A DNA stretch of 64,000 bases from Mobula hypostoma (taxonomy: Eukaryota): NCBI RefSeq assembly GCF_963921235.1, contig NC_086108.1, positions 94,862,001 to 94,926,000 on the forward strand. The letters are read 5' to 3'. Shown in pieces: positions 49,850-62,540 of this stretch. The translations under genes and the position numbers were made by a program. Under the pieces are notes generated by a model. The model was given only the letters and a program-made list of their open reading frames with translations, had not been told where the DNA came from and ran no database searches. The first letter of the stretch is position 1; each line of letters opens with the position of its first letter.

Positions 49850-52800
49850 AAGACATTCGCTGTGTTGCTGGCATCGGGTTCGATGGACAGGAAATCCATA
49901 CACACCAGGTCCAGGGGCCCTGCACTCTGCAAGTGGGACAAAGGAGCTGCCCGCGTAGGCAGTGCCTTCCGCCGTATGCAGCCAATGCATGACTTGCAGT
50001 ATTCTTCAACCTCCAACTTCATTTGGGGCCAGTAAAACCGGTCTCTAAGCAATCCATAGGTCTTTTCCACCCCCAAATATCCAGAATGATCATGAAGTGA
50101 CTTCAACACAATCCTCCGATACTTCTCGGGCAAAACCAGCTGGCAACGCCGGGTCGGTCCGAGGGTGATGTGACCCGGTATAAGAGCTGGTTCTTCAACT
50201 CCAACCGAGGTCATTCTTTCAGTAATGGAGGCACCAAAGCATGTTTCATCTTCTCCGCCTGAGGCACGTCTCTCTTTTCTACCGCAGACCAAATAGTGCC
50301 AATGCCCAGATCACCTCGCTGAGCAGCTGCTGCTTCCCCAGAACTCAATTCTGGCAGCTGATTTGTCTTCAGAGCAGTCAGGTTACAGAAAACTTGGGGT
50401 ATGGCATCATCAGAAGCTCCCAGTTGATCCACTGCTCGATCCCGCTTCTCCTTTTCCTCTGCCTTCATGGTGATGGCAAACTGACACATGGCCTTCAACC
50501 CAGGGGCAGGAACGCTCTCCCACTCCTCGTCCCTGTCCAGTCCCTCACGCACCTGTTGGGCCAAAGCACCCGCATCAATATTCCCGCTCCTCAGCCGGTA
50601 CTTCAGGCTGAAATCATAGGCAGACAACGCTGCCAACCACCAATGGCCTGTGGCATCCAGTTTCGCTGAGGTCAGGATATAAGTCAGGGGGTTGTCGTCC
50701 GTCCTCACCTCAAACTTGACCCCATACAGATAGTCACTCAGCTTATCCACCACTGCCCATTTCAACGCCAGGAATTCCAACTTGTGCGTGGGATAGTTTC
50801 TCTCGGATGGCGACAAACTCCACAGGCCTCAACCCAGTGCCCTGATCCTGATACAGGACGCCCCCTGAACCCTCTCGGCTGGCATTTGTGTGCAGTACGT
50901 ACGGTAATTGGGGGTCCGCAAAAGCTCCTTCAGCGACTGAAAAGCCTCCTCACATTTTACGTCTCACCTCTGTCCTAAGGGTTCCAACGGGTTTAGATAT
51001 TCTCCACCCTCCTGTCCTTTTCTCCCCCCTTCCTTTCTTCCCCAAGGGAGGGTAACCACACAGAAGCTGATTCAAGGGGTGACTCACTTTGGCATAGCCC
51101 TTCACGAATCTCCGATAATAACCACAGAACCCAAGAAATGAGCGCAAAGCGCTCACAGTCTGGGGCCTTGGCCAAGTGGTCACCGCTTCTATCTTAGCCA
51201 GGTCTGTAGCTGCTCCCTTCCATGAGATTATGTGTCCAACATAGCTAACAGACGTTTGGCAGAACTGTCACTTGTCCAGGGAAAGGTTTAACCGTTCAGC
51301 TTTCAGGCGGCCGAGCACCTTCAGTAGCCTCACTTCATGTTCTTCCATATGAGGTCATCCAAATACACCAACACCTCAAGCAAGTTCATATCCCCCACTG
51401 TCTTCTCCATGACCTGCTGGAAGATTGCCGGGGCTCCCGATATGCCCTGGGGCATCAGGGACATATAAATGCCCGTCTTCTCTTTGTCGGTCTCACTCAT
51501 CGGGACCTGGTAATATCCACTCCTCAAATCCAGCACACTAAACCACTTCGCACCACTCAGACAGGCCAGCGCGTCTTCGACCCTCAGGATCATATACTGG
51601 TCAGTGACGGTCTGCCTGTTCAGAGTCCTATAGTCCACAGACATGCGTACCTTCCTGTTCTTCTTCCAGGCCACTACGACTGGGGACGCACAAGGGCTTC
51701 GGGACTCAGAGATGATCCCAGCTTCCTTCAACTTACACAAATGCTGCCGCACATCTTCCACATCTGCCAGAGCCAGTTGTTGTGACCGCTCTCTAAACAG
51801 GGTGCCCTCGGTCACCCAGATAGTATGACGAGTGCTCTTGGAATAACCCACATCAAACTCGCCAATAGAAAAGACACCTTCCAGCTTCAACATCTTCTCT
51901 GCCAGCCACCTTTTCCAACCCGGTGGCACCGGGGAGTCCCCAAAGTTGAATGACTCAGCAGTCAACTTTCCCCCTTTTACCAATAGTTTCTCCCCAGTGA
52001 GCCTCATGGGGGCACTAGACATTACAGTCACCGGGAACAAATGCGCCAGGGGCATTCCCCGCTTGAAGATGACCTCCCTCTTCATAGTGTTCCTGATGAT
52101 CACTGCCATACTGCTCGCCTGTACAACCAAGGGCTTCTGCAATTCGGGCCTCACCAGTACCCCAGCAGGAAATCCCAACTCCCCCTCGTGGTCTTCCAGA
52201 GTGTCCGCTAAGAGGGCTTTGCCCTCAGGCACTCCGGGAAATTTGGGGGTCCCCATCATTCTCGCTACTTTCCCGGGCCGTACCACCATTGGCTTTGACT
52301 GGGTGAACCACACAGACCCTCGTTTAAATTCGGTATCCAGCCCAATGCTGCCACGCACTTCCTCAAAAGCAGCTCGAAACACTGGGTGCACAGACAATGT
52401 CCCCAGAAAGCTCTCACCCGCATTCTCCTTGCAGGCCCCCATGAGCCTCCTCACAAGAGGGGTGTTGGTCCCCACCAGAATTGAAATGCCGCCTGTCTCA
52501 ACAGGGTCCAGACAAACCAGCACCATTGTGTCAAGAACCTCAGACATTCCCACATCGGCCTCCGAGAACTCCAGTTTCACTGACAAATAATCGTTGTATG
52601 GATAATCACCAACACTGAGATCCCAAATCTCCAGGGCATTGAATGGCGCCAAGGGTAAATGCTTCAGATAACGGTTGTAAAACGAACGGTACAGTAACTT
52701 GACCTGCGACCCGGTGTCGAGTATGGCTTTGGCATAAATATCCTCTATCCGTAACGACACACTGGAGTGTGATCCCACTAAGCCTTCAGGAATAGGGTCT

Positions 52801-52926
52801 CAAACAACAGGTATTCTGCAGATGCTGGAAATTCAAGCAACACACATCAAAGTTGCTGGTGAACGCAGCAGGCCAGGCAGCATCTCTAGGAAGAGGTACA
52901 GTCGACGTTTCAGGCCGAGACCCTTC
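52801..52926 (-). mobile_element. Solo Penelope terminal fragment nested in Gypsy, truncated within the HHR core
   Basis: 10-bp TSD aatagggtct at 52791-52800 and 52927-52936. Confidence 0.85.
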
Positions 52927-54201
52927 AATAGGGTCTTTTGCTTTCGGGAGTTCCTTAGTACATTGCTGGGAATGTGTTCCCCCAGAGACATCAGGCCGTT
53001 CCCTCACTGGGAATCCTGTAAGTTTTCACAACGACTCTCCCTGCTGAGGTACCCGGGGGCTCACTCTCCTTTCTGGCATGACACCTGCTGCCAGCAGCCC
53101 TCTGCATTGTTCATCCCCTTAGGGGATCTGCCCCCCCATCAGCTCCATCATATGGGGGGGGGGGTCACACTCACTGATAACAGCCGACTTACCTCCATTC
53201 TCAACTCTGCAGCAATCTCCTCTACCACTCCCTGGCGCAGGCGGGGGACTACTACCGAGGACTGTACCCTGCTGACTGACTCCTCCCACTCCTCTGACAC
53301 GTTCTCCTCTTCCCGTACCTCTCTGATCAGTTCAACAAAAGATGGAGGAGGGGGGCGCATCTTACGAGACTGTCGGAGACCCCACGCAATCTGGTCATGG
53401 GACCGGGCACCCCTGGCTATCTGGTCCATTTTTAAATGATCCACCTCAGCTGCCTGAATGACCCCTCCGCACTGTAAGCAATTTAGCTGCCTCTCTAGCC
53501 GAAAAATAAAAGCAGAAAGCTTCTCCCCCTTCTCCTGACACATGTTTTGGAATCCCCCAGAAGCTCCACTGGGCTTCCAGTCGGACCAAAGGCACTGTCC
53601 AGTGCTTGCAGATAATTGACAGCTGTCACTATGGGATAATTTAACCTGACAGTTCTGACGTCAGCAGCCCGCCCATTCAAACTTTCAACCAATCTCTTGT
53701 CACTTTTCATCATCCGAGCACTGCCACTCATCTAACAACTGAGAGGTCCGTTCCGCCCATGTCTCATACTCCTCCTCCCCTTTAGGGGTGGGCGTTATTC
53801 CAGAGAATAACCATAGCAGGGATTTGGAATCTGATTTTTCCATTTATTCACCAGAGAAGTAAGGGCGGACACTACCTCAGAATTCTCACTCTTCACCTGG
53901 GGATGTGGACTAATTAGACATTCCAAATCCAACCACTCTTTCCCCTCACTCCTCAGAAATGATAGAACCCTATCTTTGAAATCTCAGCCCCCAGCTACCT
54001 CAGCGCTGGTCTGCATTAAAACGAGAGCTGCACCAACCATTTTATCAAACCTCCGCTCACAATTGCAACTTTAACAGTACTTAACAGTGGAATTAACAAT
54101 TCATCCGGAGTACAATTATCTGCCCCACTGGTTCATTGCTCAGGGTCCAACGGAGCAACACAGCATCCAACGGAATCAATTCTGAACGTAGCCCCCACAA
54201 T

Positions 54202-54837
54202 TGTAACACTTGCTTTGCCTAGTGGCTTAATATAGGGGGTGATAAACCCCTGCCTGGACAAACTTAAGAAATCTCGTTTGGGTGGATGCTGCGCGATGTG
54301 TCCTGTTACAAATCAGTACCCCGAAATAACAAACAGTACACAATATGTGATTAAATAATTTAGCTTTATAACTCTTACTTTGAGTATATGGTTAGCAGAG
54401 AAACAAAATATAAAAGAAAAAGGGCCCAAATCATAAGATTTAATAATAAACAGTCTGTGCACAAAGTTGGAGCACATTCAGTAGTCCTTCTTCCACCATC
54501 GGTCTTCTCCGAGTGTCGCCGACCTCCGGACCCCCGCTCAGAGTCCACACCATCCGGTAGTCTACCAAATCTCTCCATTTGCATATTCTCTCTTCATCTC
54601 TCTCTCTCTCTCCTCCCTCCCTCCCCCCCTTTGCAAAAACCCGCAAAATCAACTGCTTCCAGAATCACAAGACAGGGCAACAAAATCCTGATTGGCTAAC
54701 ATGCATCCACAGTCCTGTCATCTCCAGCCATAACCCAAACATTGCTGCTACAGAGAAACCGTTACCTCAGCAGTGAACATTACAGAGAAGCCATTACATT
54801 AGCCTTAGCAGTGAAACATTACAAAGAAGCCATTACA
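54202..54837 (-). repeat. 5' LTR of the Gypsy element
   Basis: Direct repeat of 45880-46457; starts TGTAATGG on the minus strand. Confidence 0.93.
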
Positions 54838-54841
54838 ATAC

Positions 54842-54942
54842 CTTTGTGGTAGTGGCAAAGACACACTGACGGCACAGCCACTTAGCATCTGATGCAATCA
54901 CACTTGAATCTATGTTAGGCATGTGACACTTCTGATGATAGC
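54842..54942 (-). CDS. MTF2: MTF2 exon 5 (PHD1)
   Basis: (G)[33 protein letters not shown]. aatag|GC and AAG|gtattg, 101 nt. Confidence 0.96.
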
Positions 54943-55029
54943 CTATTGAAAAACAATTAATTTGTTAAAATGCTTCTCATTTAAAAATACCTTTGCTAAT
55001 TCTCAAATTGATACCGGCTTTTAGAGTAC

Positions 55030-55125
55030 CTTGTCCACATTTGTCACAAATAACCATTTCATTAGGTACTTCAGAACACTCCTCCTGGCATATTGTGCAA
55101 ACCATCTCTCCACCTCCACAGGCTC
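55030..55125 (-). CDS. MTF2: MTF2 exon 4 (PHD1)
   Basis: (G)[31 protein letters not shown](G). cctag|GA and AG|gtactc, 96 nt. Confidence 0.96.
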
Positions 55126-55768
55126 CTAGGATAAAATGCACAATAATGTAGCCTTTTCACATGTTTCCACAGTCACCGTATGTTTGCTAACAAAGATAAC
55201 TTATGGAAATCTGAGAAGCGTTGAAAAAAGTCTTGGGACATTAAAGCATAGCTCTAGAAATCTAAATTGTAATACTATTATACAAATATACACATGAGAA
55301 AACCCATGACAGCTCATTATGAACTTTTACATTCTTCAGAAGATGGCACTGCCAAGTGAAGAAGAAAGTTCCACCCATGAAGCCAGAATTGATAAACTAG
55401 TTCTCTCTCAGTCCAACCCACCACCCATTATTTAGAGTTTTTATTAAATTCATAAATTTGTTCATGTCGACATCACTGGGAATGCAAACATTTAATGCCC
55501 ACCCCAAACTCCAAGGTTCCATTAAGAAACTGGGCCTGGAGTCTGCAGTGACATTACAGGCCAGAGCAGACAAGAATGGCAGACAGATTTCTCTCTAAAA
55601 TATTTGTGAACTAAATGGGCTCTGTGCACATTATTTTTAAAAGACAATCCAACTTTTACCTTTACTTTTTATATTACTTTAACTTCATATTGTTGAATCA
55701 CAAATCCGATGTTCTAGCTGTTAATCCAATAGTTAAATCACTGAACTGCAGTACCAACGGTAACAGTA

Positions 55769-55922
55769 GAGGTCGACCTTCACTAATCCGACTACCAGTA
55801 ATCCGGTTCCTTCGATAACACGGCACTGATTATGCTTAATGTGATCCTTCTGTAATTCGGCATTTTCACAAATCCGGCACTCCTCAGGTCCCAGTGGCGC
55901 CAGATTAGTGAAGGTCAACCTG
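55769..55922. mobile_element. Tc1/mariner-Tigger-type MITE (154 bp)
   Basis: TA flanks; TIRs gaggtcgaccttcactaatccg / cagattagtgaaggtcaacctg. Confidence 0.8.
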
Positions 55923-57160
55923 TACTTTTTTTTCCATTCACTGGAGGAGGGTCCAGCGGATACAATCTAGCATTGGCAAAAATGGACCCTTCCAAAACAA
56001 AAGATACATCAGAGTTTCGTGGACGAATATAGGAGGACAATTAAAATGTTCACATTGCTATCAACCACATTTTAAGAACATTTTAACTTCTAGGATAGCT
56101 TTCATATTTAGTAAAACTGAAAAGTCAAAAGTATATGCCAATCACCGGCTTCATAAACATAATCACACAATGACGTGGCCATAATTTGATTAGTCTGATG
56201 ATTTCAAAATCAATACAGACCATTCTTCATAATGAGATTTTTCATGTAAGCTCAAATTAATCTACAAATCACAAAACAAAGTGGAAACAACAATTCCTGC
56301 AAAAACAACTAAATCAAGAGCAACTGCTCCAAGACCAAAATCCCTCAAAAGTCCCTGCTTACCACATGAGCAAATTTTTGGACAAGGCATTGCAGTTTTT
56401 GTTTTATAAAACAGTGTATTGATATTACAGGGCACAAAAATCTATGGAGGTTAGGATGAGGAAACAGTCAACTACTGCTGAACCACACATCAAAAACGTA
56501 CATTGAAATACTTGGCTCTGATATGACAAATCTTGGTGATTTCTCCCTCCCTGATGTCTCATGATCAAATTGTTCACTGACCTCTTTTGGGTCCTGACCT
56601 AATACTTAAACATTTGGAACACTGATCAGTACATCACAGGAACAAACCATTCAGCACATGATGTCTACATCAAACCTGATACCAATCGAAACCAACCCCA
56701 TCTGCCTATACAGGGTCCATATCCCTGTGTTCTGCCTGTTTTAAAATTTCTGTTGGCAAGTAAACATATTTCATTTGGATTAAAAAATATTCAATTCATC
56801 ATTCAAGAACTACCCTAACATTTAATTGAAACATGAGGTTAACTTATACTGGAGATCAGCCCTACTTTTCATAATACTTCCTCCAAATATCGCTTTATGA
56901 CCTCCATCATAGCAGCAAAATAGTCTATTTTCAAATAAACAGTTTGGACCTCATTCTTAGGAGAATATCATTGATGCATCAGCAGGTTCTACAAGTATTC
57001 CACATGTTGAGCTTGGTTTGCATGTTAATTCAGAGAAATATGATATGCAGGATCCACATTAAACCAGCAGGTCTGATGTGCCAAAAGCCAGAAACAACTC
57101 ATTGTTTATCCACATACTTGATTCAGTAAAGCCTCGCCCATTAAATTATAAAAAGGTTAC

Positions 57161-57242
57161 CAGTCTGTATGTCTTTCCACAAGACCCAGGACTTTGAACT
57201 GTCTTCAAAGATGACAAAGCAGCTCTCTTTCTGTTTGTTCAC
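57161..57242 (-). CDS. MTF2: MTF2 exon 3 (Tudor)
   Basis: [27 protein letters not shown](G). taaag|GTG and G|gtaacc, 82 nt. Confidence 0.96.
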
Positions 57243-57363
57243 CTTTAAAGGAAATTGGAATGAAGATAAGCTTTTTATAGAAATTTAAGGTGAAAACAAC
57301 TGGAAATACAAATGAGGTAAATTCAGTTGGAAATTCAAGAGAGCATTTTGAGAAGTCCAAATA

Positions 57364-58692
57364 CAGGTGTCCCACGCTTTTCGAACGTTCGCTTTACGAA
57401 ACCTCACTGTTATTAAAGACCTACATTAGTTCACTGTTTTCGCTAACAGGTGTTTTCACTGTTACAAAAAAAGGCAGCGCACGATAAAAGGCAACGCGCA
57501 AAAAAAAGCAGCGCACGAGAAAAACATCAGCGTGCCACTCGCCCAAAGCAGCCGCTCTCCCTCGGATTCGGAACGGCATTCTCGCCGGCATTGCTTAAAC
57601 ACATGCCTGTGAGCAGCCGTTTGCAAGATAAGTTCTAAGGCATCGGAAAAGCCTAAAAGAGCTGGTACGGGTGTTACACTTAGCGTAAAACTAGACATAA
57701 TTAAGCGTTTGGATCGTGGTGAACAAAGTAAGGACAAAGTGAGTTTGGCTTGTGGAAGTTGACGAAGATGTTGTTGAACAGGTTTTGGCATCTCATGACC
57801 AAGAACTGATAGATGAAGAGCTAATGAAATTGGAAGAGGAAAGGATAACAATCAAAACCGAATGCAGTAGCGAACGGGCCGCAGGCAGATACTGATTCGC
57901 GGAGAATGCAGCGATAGCCGGGAGGCACACAGCACATCTTTAAGAAAAAAGCTGAAATAAACATGCTAATTAATTAGGTGCCGCCCAGCACGTAATTGTC
58001 AGCCCAGATCAGAGGCGATTGCCGATTGTGTCGCCTCTGATCTGGGCCGACATGTAAGTGCCGCGCAGCACCCAATTACTTAGCTTGTTTGTTTCGGCTT
58101 TTTTTTTTAAAGATGTGCTGTGTGTCTCCCGGCTACCGCTGGACCCCTGCACGCTTCGCAAATCAGTATTGGGTCACTGCCCAGAGGGTGGGGGCCACTG
58201 CACCGCCCAAGCTCCGACGACTCAGTCTAACACACCACCATCAGTGTGCTTGGCGCTTTCCCAATTTTGTTAAGTGATACTACACTGTACATACATTATT
58301 TCTACTTTATATAGGCTGTGTATTTTTAAATGTTATTTGGTATGATTTGGCAGCTTCATAGCTTAAAGGTTACTGGAGAACGCTTGCGCCGTGTTTTTGC
58401 TGACGGCACTTGCGTGAGATTTTCGCTACGGAGCAGGCAATGATTGTGGAAAAGTATTTCTACTTTATATAGGCTGTGTATTTATCATATCATTCCTGCT
58501 TTTACTATACGTTATTGTCATTTTCGGCTTTATGTATTATTTGGCATGATTTGGTAGGTTATTTTTGGGTCTGCGAATGCTCACAAAATTTTCCCATATA
58601 AATAAATGGTAATTGCTTCTTCGCTTTATGACATTCCGGCTTACGAACCGTTTCATAGGAATGCTCTACCTTCGGATGGCGGGGGAAACCTG
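57364..58692 (+). mobile_element. Tigger-like non-autonomous element with internal palindrome (copy 2, inverted relative to copy 1)
   Basis: TA TSDs; caggtgtcccacgc...gcgggggaaacctg; lacks ~270 nt present in copy 1. Confidence 0.85.
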
Positions 58693-60624
58693 TACTCCCT
58701 TGAATTTCCAATTGCATTCACCTCACTTGTAGACCATTCTTATCTCACGAAACCATGTGGCCTCTAATTACAAAACAATGGAAAATAAACCCAAAAGTAA
58801 AATGAAGTTTTTTTTTGTTGTTTTTACTTATGATCAAAGTACAGAACTGAAATCTACAACATAATGGAGCACCATTTGAAATAGTTCCTCTAACATATCA
58901 ATCTGGATAAATACTCTGATGAAAACAGTTTGTTCAATAACTCGTATGAAACATGTGCTGACATGCCCTAAAAAAGCAGAAGCCCAGCACCTGGATCCCA
59001 CATGTACCAGTCTTTTTGTTTGTTGTTGAAGACACAGGGCAAATATTTTCTACTTGTGCTTATAGATTGGGAGCAGTGTTTTCAATTTGGTTTGAATGAT
59101 TGATTCAAATCTAGTAAGTGGTTTCCACATCAATGAGAGGAAATGGGAACATAGACAGCAGTAAAGATCCCCGTGGCTCTTCAAGACTGCACGGCCACAA
59201 AAATACCATGGCTGATCAATCTGAATTTCATGTACAACAATAAATGCATCTTACAAAATTCCCTTTGCATCCATTAAATATAAAACTTGAATTAATCTAT
59301 AATATACCAAGAGTATACACTCAACCTTTTGTGGAAGGGAAATAACCAAAGTAAAAATGATTCGCAAACAAAAACTTCTAGATCCCCTGGATATCAATGT
59401 TTCCAAGAATCTCATCTTCTGAAAAATAAACCATGTTTTCCCCACATTTCCCCCTGCCAATTCATGATTCCTATGTACTTCATCGCCACATTCTTATCCA
59501 TCCATCTCACTTAAATTACTTATTTCCTTGCATCTATTATTCACAAATTTACAAATCATGCCTTGCCTCCAAATTATTTATATAAACAAAACACTAATCT
59601 GTGACTCACTAGTCACAGGCCTCCAGACTGAGAAATAACCTTACACCATCACCCCCTGCATTCTACCATCAAGCCAATGACAAATCCTATTAGCCATCTC
59701 TCCCTGGATCCCATGCAATCTAACCTTCCAGATGAGCCTGCCACGTGGGGCCTTGTTGAAGTCTAAATAACCAAAGTCCACTGACCGTCATCTATTCTCT
59801 TGGTTACTTCTTCAAAAAATTGAGATCCGTCAGACATGACTTCCCATACACAAAGTGTTATCCCCAATTACACCTTTTTTATCCAAATAACCACATCTCC
59901 TGTCCCTCAATGTCAAATGCATCCCTTTGAAGAATCACCACCAACTCAGATCCACAGTGCATGTTCTTTTAAAATTTGTGATAAATAGATGTCAGCAACA
60001 TTTGTGACTGATCTTAGCTTTAACTCTTCCTCTTTAAAATACTTGCTACCTTCTAGTCCACATTGTCATTCTGTAATCTAGGTAAGGAGCTTGAAGATCA
60101 AAATAACTAAACTGGTTGTGTAACTCATGTGCGTCAGGTCTAGACAAGATTGTCAGCTTTCAGCCCTTTCATTTCAGTACTATTTTAATACTAATGTTTG
60201 GTTCTCCTTATCAATAATCATTTGGTCCCTGTTTTTTTGTTTATGGGCGTCTACCATAGATCAAAAATACTAATCAGAACAAGAGTATTTCATGCTGTCT
60301 CAGCTATTTACTGTAAATTTCCTTGCATTTCCCACTTGTAAAACAAACTGCACTTCTGTCATCTTTCTTTTATTGCTAATTTACACATTAGATCTATCAA
60401 TTTCTTGATAGTCATCAAAAGCAAAATAAAACATTCTTCAGTTTTCAACTATTGGGAGCCTGTGATTTCTGCCACAAATATGAACTAATACTTCTGTAAA
60501 AGCTAAATGGCATGAAAAAATATTTTCAGATCTTATAAAACGTTCATATTGTAAATAATTAGAAAAATCTTAAGGATATGCGTTTTGCAGTTGCCTCCCA
60601 TTTATGAAAATCTGTGCTTGCCAA

Positions 60625-60815
60625 GATCCTGAAATAAAAACAATTGCTGGAAGAACTCAGCCAATCATTAGCATCTGAAGAAATGGAAGACTTTTCACAT
60701 TCCAGATCAGGGACCCTTCTGAAGAGTTCCTGACCCAAAATATCGACTAGTTTTCACTTCCACAAACGCTGTTTCATTGGACAAGCTTTCCCCCAGCATT
60801 TAGTTTTGTCTTGGC
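60625..60815. mobile_element. Old palindromic Penelope-terminus-derived element
   Basis: tgctggaagaactcagcc...gacccttctgaagagttcctgacccaaaatatcgac...ccagca fold-back. Confidence 0.5.
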
Positions 60816-61249
60816 CATCTGCTTTTGAATTCTAAAATACCACCAGCTCTCAGGCTTGTTTCTTTTTCCAGTAACATTGTAAGACTTTCAAGAATCATAT
60901 ATGTTATTAACTGCCATTGGCCTTCTACTCCCAATGGTATTTTTGTTCCTTAAGGAAATGTATACCTGTTACACAGTACAAATTGAAATGTTTGCCACTA
61001 CATTTCTGTTAGTTTTAATCTATTTTCCTAACTTACTTTGGTCATGTCACACTTCACAAATTACACAAGGGCAAGGCCCAAGTTTTGTTATTGACAAAAA
61101 TCACTATTAAACGATACAAAATCCACTATTTCTTCCAGTGGTTCCTTTACTACAGGGTTGTTAATTAATCTTGTCTCATTGTACAATACTATATTCAAAA
61201 TACCTTACTTGGAAGCTGGTTCCTCACATAAAACTAAGAATTTATTTTA

Positions 61250-61500
61250 TTTTATTTAGAGATCCAGTGTGAAATGGGACTTTCCAGCTTGACCCAGCAA
61301 CCCAGCTATTTAACCCTGGCCTAATCACAGGACGATTTACAATGACTAATTAACCTACTAACTGGTACATCTTTGGACTGTGGGAGGAAATCAGAACACT
61401 TGGAGGAAAACCACAAGGAGAACATACAAAATCTTAACATACAGCAGCGGGGATTAAACCCTGGTCACTGGTAATAGAGCTATGCTAACATGCCACCCCA
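61250..61500 (-). mobile_element. V-SINE (HE1-like) tRNA-derived SINE
   Basis: Reverse complement contains ggttttcctccaagtgttctgatttcctcccacagtccaaaga (V-domain). Confidence 0.7.
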
Positions 61501-62264
61501 AATAAAAAGATAAAGTCTTATTATAATACTTCAATATTTAAGAAAATATAAAGTCAGAGGAAGGCTTTGTGGTAGTTTAAAATCGGGTAGCATGGACTTA
61601 TTGGAGCAAAGATCATGGGTAAGTGCTGATCCTTCCATAAACAGGGCAGCTGCAGAAAGCACATCCTTAAGGGTCCAGTGCTATTTATAATGTGAACATT
61701 TTATAAGATCTGAACAGTATTTTCATGTAATTTAGCTTTATCAGAGAGATTAGTTCATATTTGTGGCAAGCATAGGTTTCTGATAGTTGAAAACTGAAGA
61801 ACAATCTGGTACCCCACAGAATGATTGATGTTACAGGTGCCTAACTTGCCTTCAGTCTCTTGGTGAATCCCAGGTGACGTTAAAATGCAATATGCATCAC
61901 CTGTGTTTGTGTTTTCCTACCTAACAACAGATAATGTGACTTAATAACAGGGTTGTTAACACCCAAGTCAACTGAAGTGTGCATAAACATTGCATGGAGA
62001 GTTAGAAATCTGTTCTCAACCGCACTGGCTAGAAGTTGAATCATATATCATGAGGCAATTGTTCAGAACCAAAACAAATATTCTAGTTATTTTCAAAGCA
62101 AACCACAAACTTAAACCACTCACAATACAGCAGTAAAACTACCGTATGTCCTGTTAAGAAGTGAAATCATTCATAATTACTCCCTTATAACAATACACAA
62201 GTCTCTAATTCCCTGATTTATATTCTATATGATTACACAACTACCATTAGCAGACCTATAAACA

Positions 62265-62540
62265 TTTTTTATTATTTATTGCGAGATAGCACAGGATAGA
62301 CACTAAGCTGCACCACCCAGCAACTCCGAACTTCACCCTAGTCTAACCATGGGAATATTTAAAATGACCAATTAACCTATTAAACAGAATGTCTTTAGAC
62401 TTTGGGAGGAAACCAGAGCACCTGGAGGAAACCCACACGGTCACAGGGAGAACATACAAACTCCTTACAGATGGCAGTGGGAATTCAACCCAGATCGCTG
62501 GTACTGTAAAGCATTGTGCTAACCACTAAACTACCACAAT
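62265..62540 (-). mobile_element. V-SINE (HE1-like) tRNA-derived SINE
   Basis: Reverse complement contains a tRNA-like head (gggttgaattccc) and gtgtgggtttcctccaggtgctctggtttcctccc. Confidence 0.75.

Larger units (their letters stand above)
45880..54837 (-). mobile_element. Degenerate Ty3/Gypsy LTR retrotransposon (PNMA-like gag, PR-RT-RH-IN) in MTF2 intron 5
   Basis: TG..CA LTRs; 4-bp TSD atac; tRNA-Pro-like PBS (tgggggctacgt, ~54187-54198); PPT ggtggggggagaa (46458-46470); LDTGSQ protease, YLDD RT, ELLA-like RNase H (KLEFLALKWAV), HHCC integrase and ATGYSPY motif. Confidence 0.95.

Noticed and set aside
51946..53439. Two ~210-aa plus-strand ORFs
   Set aside because: Antisense to Gypsy gag/pol and partly made of the Penelope insert.
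53148..53731. Domesticated PNMA-like host gene
   Set aside because: The gag is frameshifted and sits in a full LTR element with decayed pol; no evidence of an intact ORF.
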